Origin: Negaprion brevirostris
Taxonomy: Eukaryota
Direction: 5' to 3'
Assembly (NCBI GenBank): GCA_030324005.1
Contig: JARDVH010000146.1
Location: forward strand, 26,304,108 to 26,368,107
Length of the DNA stretch: 64,000 nucleotides
Below are positions 52,559-64,000 of the stretch, piece by piece. Made by a program: the position numbers and the translations under genes. The notes under the pieces were generated by a model that searched no databases, had not been told where the DNA came from, and saw nothing but the letters and a program-made list of their open reading frames with translations. The first letter of the stretch is position 1. Every line of letters starts with the position of its first letter.

Positions 52559-54973
52559 CTGAACCAAGGATAAAATTATAGCATAAAGAAAACATGATTA
52601 TGAATTGAAAATTTTTAACAAAAAAAGCTGATGCATCAAAATAAATTTCAACAAAAAAGACACATATTGCACCTTTAACATGGCAAAACTTTCCATGGTG
52701 TCACAAAAAGAGAAAAAGGAACTGGGAACATCTTTAATTTAATCTAGATCAAATACCATTTATACAGGATTTAGCAGAGGAAACATTAGGCCTTAAATCT
52801 GCAATGGCCAGTTTAATCCAAAAATAAAATTAGTTATTTTCTTAGCTGATAACAAATTTGACAAAGGATTGCAGTTAGTGTAGCTGAGAGAGAAAGTCTG
52901 GACCAAAATTATGTTAAACTGGCCGGGCAAAAAAAAATCTTGATGCAACTTCAAAAACGTTTTCAAATTTGCTTTGAAGCCAAAAATGAACTTAATAACA
53001 AATGACCTGTCTGAATACAAGAAAGCAAACATCTGCAAAGCTAATTCTTCCCAATCTATAATGCAGGAAACATCTTAATACTTTATTACTGTTTTTTGTA
53101 TGCAACATTTCTACATTAGTAATATATAAATAAAAACATGCCCATAATATATAAATGCTCAGCCAATTCCGCAATCACTAGGAACGGAGTTGAGATTGGC
53201 GAACAGGTTATTTTTAACTTTTTTTTAAAGTCAGGCACTTTAGTTCCATTAATTTGGGCGTTTGGATTTTCACCTATGTTCTAAAGGTGACACAACTGGA
53301 TGCTACTAGTTCATACTATTCATACCTTTATGTCTTTTTCTAATGCCTTCAACCATTATCATTTATGCTTAATGTGGCAGACACAGTGAAGAGTGGAGTT
53401 GCTCTAACACTCTCATGAATACTGTTTATTAATAACCAAAGTGGCAAGAAAACATAGATGACTGATCTTAAAAGTATTTCACTGTTTGCAAAATAAAGCT
53501 CACCACAGATGCAGGACAGCACACCCTATCTGAGTGCAATCAATTAGCACAGCAAAGTTGCAATAATTAAGAATTTAATATAGTCTCAAAGGTTCTCCAA
53601 TAGGTTGGCCATCTAGTGACTGACTGAGCCAAAGAAATCAGCAAGTTTTAGGTCTTATGCTAGGAGTTAGTTAGCCTCAGCTAGGACAGGAATAGGACTC
53701 TTGGCTCAGGCAGACAGAAATCAAGCAGGGTTCCATTCCTTGATGGTGAATCTAGTTTGACGCACACATTTGTGGGTGTTGATCAAAGACAGCACTGGCT
53801 TGATTGTGAAGTCCCCTGGTAATGCAGCCTGCTGAAAATTACTTCCATCAATTCTAACAGAGGAATAAAAGTCACTTGAGTGGGGCATTAAAATATGCCT
53901 GTGGAACCTTATCCCAGCAAAAATTCAATGCATTTAGAAGAGCAGAGAAAACTAGCAACATGAAAAAGGGAATAATCTCAAGAGCCACTGAGTGGAGTCC
54001 AATATTCATTGAAAACGGGAATGGGGCAGGGTTGAAAGAGTTTCATTAAAGTTACAGTTGACAATTATTTTTAACAGATACATTGAACATAAAAGTAATG
54101 ATTTTTTGCAATAAAATGTTAGAAACCCCTATTATTAAGTTCTTTGCAATAGCAGGCAAAGCTACATTACTTTCATTTAGGGAGTTAACAGGCAATGTAT
54201 TGAGACACAACAGGTGGTTTTGCGAAAATGAAAGATAGTTTGGGTAAGAATGAATGAGAGATACATGTACATGTATACAGAAAAAGTTCTTGCTAAGGAT
54301 AAATCCAATTGGATCTGATTTTAGTTCAAATCAATAAACCAGATTCTGGCGTGTCGCCAACAAAAGTAGTAATTCTTCCTTCAGTTGAATGGCACTGTGA
54401 AAACTTGGCTTACTCCCAGCTTATTTTCTCTTCCTAGTGTTTCCTTGTCATCCATTAAAAGCAAAACAGAAAAGAAAAAGTTTGAACTCTTCTCAGTCCA
54501 AACAAAAGGAAGCTTGTTTTTCTTTCTCATACCATCACAGCATTTGACAAGTGTTGTTACGGTGAGGGAGGGGGACAAAAAGGTGATTGTGTTGGATTTT
54601 CATTTCAACATTTCATTTACTTAAAACCAAAAAGGACTCCTGTACATTTTTGCAAATCATTGCAAATATATATATTTATACACAAGGTTTATGGTGCATT
54701 ATTTCCTTTCCAGGATGATTGTTGTTTTTTTTAAAATGGTGAAGGAACTGCAGAGTGAGGATATTTTGCAATCATAAAGTCCATACGTGACTTCAGTAGA
54801 ACAAAGTTAGAACTGATTCTGATGCATTGTGAACAAAAGAATACACAAAACTTGCATGTTTTATTTACTATAACAAGAAAATAAAGTCTGAAAATGTAAT
54901 AATTTTACATTGTTTAAAGCTAAACCAGTAAAATGCCACAAATGAAGTTATACCATGGGATGATGCCACTTAC

Positions 54974-55133
54974 CTTATGGCGGGTAATTTGCTGCTGGAT
55001 TTTAGCAGTTTGAGTTCCTACAGGTTCAGAGTTGGCCAATTTCTTCTCCTTGCTGGTTAACCACTCATTCAAGGGCTCCACTGTCTCGTGGAACTGCTTT
55101 GCAATGACTAATATATCCTCTAACTGCCTCTGC
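54974..55133 (-). CDS. MACF1: MACF1 exon ([16 protein letters not shown]...QQQITRHK), 160 nt, phase 2-0
   Basis: tgcag / gtaagt; read by hand, not in ORF track. Confidence 0.92.
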
Positions 55134-56917
55134 CTGCATTAACACATAAAGCACATAGTCTCCAACTGCTTAAATATTATTGTGGTGCAAACATTTACAC
55201 AAACAGCATGAGAAATCATTCATGGTGACTGCATTCAATTAAACAAAATCTTAATAGCCTCATTCTTACACATAGTTTAAAATCTGTGGGCATATAAGCT
55301 GGAGGAGTAGACAATGTGCACAAATACATTACATGTGGTGCAAAGACAGGTGCGAGCGTAAGAAGCAGTCGGTGTGAATATTTGACTGGGGCAAATTGAC
55401 AAACAACAGAATAAATGACTGTTCAAATGATTATGTGCACAGACTATTGAATTATGGTTACATTTAGTGATTTTTTTCCCCCCTCAGAGAGCTGAAATAT
55501 GTTCATGCAACAGCAGAGTACATTTTTGTAACTGGATGTAGAATATTTTTCTAATGAGAGCCTCTGGTTTATTTTAATGAGTAAAGACAATATTTATTAA
55601 ATGTTATAGCCGCTGTTGTTTTGTTCTTTGGGGAACATGTTATATGGTTAACACACGTTAAGTTTTCTTCTAAGCCGACTCTTCGGATAAATATAGGTTT
55701 TGGATTTGTAAGGTCTATAATCAGATGTTCAAATTTGACAGCTTTAGTTATTAAGCAGAATGAAGCTTCCATTATAGCATTCAGAAGGCACTTTCTCTTA
55801 CAAAGCTACCAGTGCTTCAGATACACATCTAGTATTACTACAGCCAGGGATCAAATATACAACACCCCTCACTACACAACTGTGGATTTAGAAGAATTCA
55901 CTCAACTATAGAGAAAAGGAAGTAATAAATCACATAAAATGACAACCACTGAAATTGACCTTCTTTGCATCTGTGCAGATATCCCTTTGCAAATGGCAAT
56001 ATAGCTGTTTGATTTTTAAAAAATGGATTTGTTTGTACCAAATATGATGCTCATCCCTAGTATTTTATAGGATTTCGGAATAGGAGTGAGAAAATGGTTT
56101 TGTGCCAATGTGTTTTTTTTAAGTCGAAACAGTTGACCATTTGTCTTCCACCCAATGCCCAAACATCTAACAGATAGTGCAATGATACGAATGGATCTAT
56201 AGATTTTAAATGGAGTAAAGCTATTAAGTTGGGTTTGCTTCAAGTTGTTGTAATCCAGTTGACAGTGACCCCTCTGCACAGCTGTGCATGCACATATGCA
56301 GTCAAGTGTTTACAAGTCCAATAGGCATCACAATAAAAGCTTTCCTCCACATTTGACGAGGTGTGGTAAAATCTCACCATTGATTCATACAAGCTGTTCA
56401 TGCAAATGTTTGCAAAATAAACAGATCTCAAGGTTTTGTTGAATTCAGATGGAACAAGTGTCTGCTTTGCTTTTTATGCATTTTCTGTATTCTTTACATG
56501 TATGTAATTAACCAAACCAATGATTTGGAAATCTTTTCTGCTTCCAATCTTTTCCCTTTAATATTTCATTGGTACAATGGAGCCTAAAAATTTAAAAACA
56601 TTAAAATTCTAGTTTTGCTCAACTGACTTTAATGTTGTTTGTTCAATCTTTCTATGGTACTGATAAGAAAGTTTGGTATTCACAACATATTTATATTAAA
56701 AGTTAAGGAAACACAACTCATCAAAACTAGAATGTGTAATGTGTCTCAATTTTGACTTCAAACTCTCCACGACTGACTAAGAATGACTATGGTGGGAACT
56801 TTTAATTTTGGAAAACTGAAATGTTTCCACAAAGCTGTTTAAAAAATATCTTGATTTACACACACAGCAAATATAATGGTTTTGTCTCTCCCATATGAAC
56901 ATGAAAAGATCCTGTAC

Positions 56918-57084
56918 CTTGCTGCGGCCTTGCTGAGCAAACCATCCCATCTCTCTCCCAGACTCTGTAGTTGTTTCTGAATCTTTTCTTTTTCAGCTGT
57001 TTCTGCTGACTCTGCTATTCTCTCCCCTTCTGCCTTGATAATCTCCACTGTGGATTTGCGATCATCCAGTAGTCTTTGCAAGAG
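56918..57084 (-). CDS. MACF1: MACF1 exon ([10 protein letters not shown]...LLSKAAAR), 167 nt, phase 0-2
   Basis: cccag / gtacag; frame continuous with neighbours. Confidence 0.93.
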
Positions 57085-57674
57085 CTGGGCAAAAGAAAAG
57101 CAAAAATGACAACAGTTGCCAAAAGGCTTTACATTTAAATCTCACATTTTTGTGGAACACTGCTAAAGCAACTGCCCTGGGAGGCTGCTACATGTATAAG
57201 CCTTTCTGAACTTCTTTATGCTTTCCACATTCTTTGCAAGATACTGCAAAAATATTTTCCATCTTTTCAGCTCTTATTCTTGAGTTTTATAGAATGCTGA
57301 GCATTTTAAGAAAAAAATAAGTCCTTGGTCTATAACAGATTTTCAATCCCATATGATGCAACAATAAACCAAAATAAAAATAGTTACTTCTTCCTCTCAC
57401 TATACAAACAGCTGCTTGACCTATGTGCTTGTCTATGCACAGGGAGGGAATGGACGAAAAATAAATACTCCCCCCCAAAAGAGACGAAGTAGTTTGAAGT
57501 CTTGCCAACACTTAACAGCCTGAAAAGAGATCTGTTCCTTGTTGAAGATTTCACTGAGTTGGTTCGCCCTTCAGTCCAGTCTGATGCAACAGCAAGTTCC
57601 CAGTCACGCTTACCACAGACAGATTAGATCCTGCTACAGGGTATTCCAGCTTTTTCGAATGTACAAGATGCGAA

Positions 57675-58420
57675 CAAAGAGCATTAGTCCATTCGGCCCC
57701 TCAAGCCTGTTCCACCATTCCATAAGATCATGGCTGATCCAACTGTGGCCTCAACTTCACAATCTATCTCCTCCAGATACCTTTCAATTCCACTGATCAA
57801 GAACTTATCTGCCTCTGCCTTAAAAACATTCAATGATCCTGTCTTCGCTGTTTTCTGGGGAGAAGAATTTCATAGATTCACGACCCCCAAAGAAAAAAAT
57901 TCTTCTCATTTCTGTCTTAAAACGGGAGACCCCTTATTTTTAAATTATGCCCCCCAGTTCTCCTCTCTACCACAAGGACAGCATCCTTTCAGAACTCACC
58001 TTGTGAAGTCCCCTCAGGATCTTACATGTTTCAATAAAATCACCTCTCATTTTTCTTAATTCCCATGGATATAGGCTCTACCTGTCCATTCTCATACCCC
58101 TACCACAGCAATCATTCAAGTGCACCTTTTCTGAACTGCTCCTCACAGATTTATTTATATCCTTTCTTAAATGAGGCCAAAAATGTACACAGCACTCTGG
58201 ATGTGGTCTCACCAACACCCTCTACAACATCCCCACTTTTATATTTTATTCCCTTGCAATAAACAACATTGCATCTACATTCATAATAACTCGTTGCACT
58301 TGCATAATGTTTTGCGATTTGAGACAGGACACCCAGACCCCTCTGTCTGCAATCTCTCTCCATTTAAATAACATGCTATTAAGTTCACGTTTCCCATCTT
58401 ATATTCCATATGCTAACTTC
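57675..58420 (-). mobile_element. CR1 3' fragment
   Basis: Reverse-complement CR1 tail and RT C-terminus. Confidence 0.8.
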
Positions 58421-60331
58421 CCTACAGCTGCACTGCCTTAACTCCAAAAACATACATCAACAAACATTTGCACTCTCATCAAGTTCAATGCAGATCAAAT
58501 ATTTTCTTTACACAAAAAAAATTTTATAGAATTTTCAAAATCACTTCAGAAATGATTAAATATAAGGAAACTATCTAAATTGGATTAACAATATTTCAAG
58601 CCCCTTTAAAAACCACACACTACTAAGCGCATGAGGCAGGATTTTACGGCCTCGCTCGTCCCAAAACCATAAAATCCTGTCCGAGGTCAGCTGATCTTCC
58701 CACGGTCCATCCCTCGCCTGCTCTAGTTCTGGTGGCAGGTGGGGTGGTTCTGGCCATTATGTTCTGAGTGTTTTGTTAATACATGTAGTTAAGTATTCAG
58801 TACTGAATGGGTTCAAGAGTCCATTGTATATTTCACTGTTTTACAGACAGATTAGCTAACTTGATAAATGGAAAAATATGTCTTATAAATGTCCAAAACT
58901 CCTGAACCACTGAAGGGAAAAATAAACCCTCAATCCGAATCCTTCTATTAGCAGCAAAGAACAGTGGTGCGAAATAGTGGAACCAGAAGTGCTGCCTGAC
59001 CAATATAAACTCAGTAATCAAGAACAAATTCAGTTAAGTATTAAACTTCCATTAATGTCAGCACAAAACAGATCATCCTAAGAAACCTCCATGTGTCAAT
59101 TTACTGCTTTTGCGAGCACCAATAAATCAAAATTGCTTCAAACAATACACGTGACTTCATATTCTTGGAACTACAATAAAACACAATAGCCCATGTTATC
59201 CAGAATGTGCAACAGACAAAAGTTACAATAAGTAAGAAAGCAAGTAGAAAAACGTCACTGCTATTCACCAACACAGGAGATGATTCAACAGAAACCGCTC
59301 GAGGTTCACAGTTGTTGCTACAACAACAACATCAAGGCTGGAATTCAGTAATAAGAAAATGCAGTACACAGTCCAAAATGCAAACATTTTACCAACAGTT
59401 CCTGGAACTGCAAGGGGATTGAGATTTTGTTGAAGGCAAATCATGTCAGTAAACAAATTATACTCATCAGCTAACAAAACTAGGATGAGAGAAGAATTGG
59501 CGAATGTTGACTGGGGGAGTGCGTTGGAAGGTAGGTCTGCTGAGGAGCAGTGGAGGNNNNNNNNNNNNNNNNNNNNNNNNNNNNNNNNNNNNNNNNNNNN
59601 NNNNNNNNNNNNNNNNNNNNNNNNNNNNNNNNNNNNNNNNNNNNNNNNNNNNNNNNTCCTGCTCCTATTTCTTATGTTCTTAAATTAGTCAATTTCAATT
59701 TAAAACTCCCCTGTCCCATTTGCACAGCTTTTTTTCTTGCACTACTCAGATAATGAAAACTTTGAAGCTGGAACAAATTTTAGGGCAAGAAAACTGATGT
59801 GGTCTATTAAAAAAAAGAGCAATTGCTTTCATGAAAAGTTGTTTCACAAAAAACTCCCTTTTGCTTTTAGGCAGGTGAGGCATAAGAATAATGTGCCACT
59901 TTCTCATGGTCATATTATATACAAGTAACATGACAGACATTTCAAACCTTCACACTGTACATCAGCAAAACAAAAAACTCTGACAAACGTCATATCGAAG
60001 GCAGTGCCCTTTAAGAAGTTATAGAAATGTGGCAACGAGATAAGTTTTATTTTACCAATGAACTGGAGAGAAGTATAGTGATTTTTGCTATTCAGATTTG
60101 GCACAGATTCAGTGGATGGCCACTTGTTCATCTCTGATTACAGAACAAATGTCTCTTTGTAGTCTATATTCTAAAAATAAAAAATGCAGCAGGGTTTTCT
60201 AAAAGTTTGTTCCAAGTTTCAAATTTCACCCCCATTAAAAATGCAGTTATTAAAACATAAACCACCAATGTTTGAGCTTATTTACTCAAAATAATTCAGA
60301 TCAACTGACTCACTCCTACAATGTAAAATAC

Positions 60332-60502
60332 CTTCTGTTCTTGAATTTGTGCCTTCACCACTTTGTATTCTGCTGATGGAGGTTTCTGATTGGCAATCAG
60401 TTCTTCAGTATCTGTAAGCCAGCTCAACAAAGGTTCCAAAGCATCCTGGAACTTTCCACGGTGCAACAGTGCTTCTTGTAACTGGGATATACGTTCTGCC
60501 AC
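60332..60502 (-). CDS. MACF1: MACF1 exon ([13 protein letters not shown]...AQIQEQK), 171 nt, phase 0-0
   Basis: ttttcccag acceptor, gtattt donor, spectrin-repeat peptide. Confidence 0.93.
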
Positions 60503-62784
60503 CTGGGAAAAAAAACATTTCTTATTACCCAATATGGTCTTAACAACTCTACTTTAGAGATCCCCTGCAGAGATCCAAGCCTCTTAGAGGAAAAATTAAA
60601 AGAACACAATTAAGCCAAAGGGAAGGGGGAAGTAGTGATAAAGAAAGAAGAGCACTGTGGGCAGAGGAGCCCTGGGGGAAGNNNNNNNNNNNNNNNNNNN
60701 NNNNNNNNNNNNNNNNNNNNNNNNNNNNNNNNNNNNNNNNNNNNNNNNNNNNNNNNNNNNNNNNNNNNNNNNNNNNNNNNNATTGATCTGTGAAAAAGAC
60801 TGGTGTTGTGGGATTTCTTTCTGTTTGACATGTTTCCAACATAGCTTTTTTTTAAATCGAAGCTCCAGTGTATAAGAAATTCTACTTTTAGGTGTTTAAA
60901 ATTTTCCTAAATGAGCATGTTGCAACAAGCTGTCACCAAAGATCTATGTACTTTTCCCTAAGTAAAATTTCCTGAAAAAATGGTATCCAATGAAGCATTT
61001 CCACAAGAGGGTTAAAATTTGTAAATTATCCAACGTCAGACCTGATGGAGGGTCACTCAGCTGAACTGTTAACTTTGTTTTTCTCCATCTTTGTGGATAC
61101 TGACAGATTTTTTAAGTACTTCCAGCATTTTCTACTTGCAATAATTCACAGTATTTTACTCTTTCTGAAGTATATTATGGCAGCACTCAATATAACAGAA
61201 TTTAAACAAGTTTACCAAGTCTCAAGTTCTTGCAGCACTATACTTAAGAGCCTGCAACAGCATACTGTATTTGCTGATTAATTAGGACACTCAATCCATT
61301 TGAAGGTACGTTACAGATAAATATTAACAATTTTGAAACATTTATTATATCCTCATAACTGCCCCATGTTACCACCAAAACCCTCCCAATCCCAAAGTCC
61401 TCAGTGCAGTTATGCTGCAAAACTTTAGTGAAATTGTTTAAAAGAGGTTGAAGCAATACCTGCTGATCAAGTTCGGTAAGTGTAGCTTCCTTTTGCTCTC
61501 CCTGCTGTTTGGACTTACTCATTTCTTCAATAGTTTTTAACAAAGAGGATGGTTTCATCATGTACAAGAACCGGCACAGATTAGAGATCTGGAGATAGGA
61601 AAATACACACACACACATATACTGCTTAAAACATTGCTTAGGGATTTTATTGCATTCTGTGCACCAGTTCCATTAGGTGTCATTCACAAAATTATATTTA
61701 GTTCTTTCTCAGCAGCCCACGTAAAGAACTGAAATCCGAAACGCACAGGTTGAAACTGTATAGAGCAAGCTGGAGACCATCAGGAAATCTTTCACAGAAA
61801 GTGACATCTCCCCATGGTAGAAAAATTTAGGTAAAGACTCTGGAATCACTTAACTACGGATGCCGTGAATTTAACATAGGAAATCAGGGTCTGATTCTCA
61901 GAACAGGAAATCAGAGTCTGTTTCTGATTCTCAGAATTCTGAGATACAGGCTGCTATCTGTGCCAAGTCCCTAAAAACGGGCCATCGTCTCTCAGTGCAC
62001 TTTAAAACATTTAAAAGACCATTATGCAATCTTGTAACACCGGTTCTAATAAAGCATTTCATATCCTAACAGCAAATCTGCATACAGACAATCTTCAACT
62101 CACTTATTAAATTTATGCCTCTAGGTACTAACCAATTCCCACTATTAGAATCCTTCAAAACTGTGAATAGCCCTATCAATTTCTTCTTATCTTTTTGCTT
62201 CATCAGAATGAATGTTTCTCCAAACTGTAGTCACCACACTCAATCCTCTACAACTTTATCACCAATCACTTCCATCCACAGCCCAGGTATCACATAAGTG
62301 AATCCCTTCAGAACCTTCTTGACTGGAGAGAAATCCTTCATTTTCCTCAGTTAGATATTCCTCAGTTTATGACCCAAAAATATCTTTAAAAAATGTGGAA
62401 ACTTCATACAATTGTAAATATTAAATGCAACTAAATTGGTTAATTTGAAGACGCACATACTGTGCTTCTTTCTACATTTCTGCACTACTGACAAAATGAA
62501 ATTTGCCTCCTACCTTCAAATCTGGATCCTTTGGTACATAAATGCTTCCTTTGTCAAGAAGTTTTGAAATTATCACTAAGCTAAGGTGTCTTCTTAGTTG
62601 CCTAGAAAAATATTAGTCCAGTAAATTACAAATTACTACAATCTTAAAGATCCTGTACAATTACATTCACCATTCTTTTTTCCAATTGTCATTTTTATTG
62701 AATAGGTATAAATGAGCAAACAGTTTTAAAGCAGTCATAGCATCATAATGCATGACTACCTTTGTAGGAGTTACTGCACTGCTC

Positions 62785-63935
62785 ACAATATACATCAACG
62801 ATTCAGATGCAGGGGACCAAATGTGATATTTCCAAGTTCACAGACAACACAAAGTTAGGTGGAATTGTGTCTTGCGAGGAAGATGCAAAGCAGCTTCAAG
62901 GGGATTTGGAATAGACTTTGACAGGCAGGTGGAATATAATGTGGAAAAATGTGAGGATATCTGCTTTGGTAGGAGGAGCAGAAGCAGAGAGTATTTTTTA
63001 AAATGTAAGAGACCAGAAAGTGTAAATGTACAAAGATATCCAGGTGTCCTCATTAATAGATCATTGAAAACTTTCATGCAGGTGCAGCAAGCATTAGGAA
63101 GGCTAATGATGTGTTAGTTTTTAAATCACAGAAACTTTGGGCACAGGAGTAGCAAAGTTGGATAGAACCTTGTTTAGACTGCACCTGGAATGCTGTGTGC
63201 AATATTGGTCAAAGTATATCATTTCCACAGAGGCAGTGTAATAAGGAATCACATGTTCAGGATGGCTGGACTGCCCCATGAAAAGAAAATGGGAAAATTA
63301 GGTCTGTATTCTCTAGAATTTTGCAGACCGAGAAGTGATCTCATTGAAACCTAATAAATACTTAAAAGGACAGACAGGGTAGACGTAGGCAAGATGTTTC
63401 CCCTGGTTAGGGAGTCTAGACAGTAAGAAGTCTCAACACTCGGTTAAAGTCCAACAGGTTTATTTGGTAGTAAACGCCACTAGCTTTCGGAGCACTGCAC
63501 CTTCACCCGACAAAGGAGCAGCGCTCCAAAATCTAGTGGTGTTCACTACCAAATAAACCTGTTGGACTTTAACCTGGTGTTGAGAGACTTTTTACTGTGT
63601 TTACCTCAGGCCAACGCTGGCATCTCCACATCAGGCAGTCTAGAACCAAGGACATTAACTTCAAAATAAGGGAGAAGCCGCTTCAGACAACGACAAGAAC
63701 TGTTTTCAAAAAAAGGGTTGTGAGTATTTGGCATTCTCCACTCAATATAGCTGTGGAAGCTCAGTTATTAAGTATAAAGCAGAGATTGGCTGATTTCTAA
63801 ATACCAATGACATAAGGGGATTATGGGGATAGTGTGGAGGTGTGGGCATTGAAATGGATGATCAGCCATAATCATACTGAATGGTGGAGCAGGCTTAATG
63901 GGCTGAATGGTCTACTCTTGCTTCTAATTTCCTCT
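62785..63935 (+). mobile_element. CR1 fragment (RT to tail) hosting a nested palindromic insertion
   Basis: atttccaagttcacagacaacac (decayed ISKFADDT), YNVEKCE, CR1 tail. Confidence 0.8.
63421..63636. mobile_element. Palindromic Penelope-like pseudo-LTR insertion with 8-bp target duplication AGTCTAGA
   Basis: About 85-bp inverted arms (63421-63597); AGTCTAGA at 63413-63420 and 63637-63644; degenerate hammerhead-like core. Confidence 0.7.
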
Positions 63936-64000
63936 GCACTATATGTACTGTAGCAGTTGAAGCAACAGTTCACCACCACTTTATCAAGAGCCACCTGATC

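Larger units (their letters stand above)
639..60502 (-). other. MACF1: MACF1 (microtubule-actin crosslinking factor 1) gene, internal part: 30 coding exons encoding spectrin repeats; gene continues beyond both window ends
   Basis: All exons listed below have AG/GT ends and compatible phases, giving one stop-free peptide. Recalled diagnostic residues fit MACF1 better than DST, e.g. [53 protein letters not shown]. Confidence 0.9.

Noticed and set aside
53605-53945. Possible ancient SINE-like element, with a similar stretch near 43620-43780
   Set aside because: Too degraded to assign a family or boundaries by eye.
639-60502. Assignment to dystonin (DST/BPAG1)
   Set aside because: Recalled paralogue-specific residues fit MACF1 better; a reciprocal BLAST or tree would confirm.

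Overview
Vertebrate genomic DNA, almost certainly from a shark or other elasmobranch (HE1-like tRNA SINEs, CR1/HER1-like LINEs, Penelope remnants), from a gapped short-read assembly. The whole window lies inside one minus-strand gene, MACF1 (spectraplakin). I traced 30 consecutive GT-AG exons (60502 down to 639) that splice in frame and encode the C-terminal spectrin-repeat rod; both gene ends lie outside the window. I also found candidate extra exons: a 9-nt microexon at 29127-29135 and a 129-nt cassette or first exon at 61460-61588. The most unusual structure is in the 12-kb intron 38934-50986. A decayed Gmr1-type Gypsy element is split at a 7-bp duplicated target (TGTTCCT) by a 6.3-kb block bounded by two same-orientation CR1 3' ends. 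That block carries one intact, antisense, orphan exon of an unrelated gene (PKN-family HR1b domain). This is either a real CR1-mediated segmental insertion or an assembly chimera through the CR1 repeat, and the sequence alone cannot decide which. All family assignments are from recalled motifs, not database searches.
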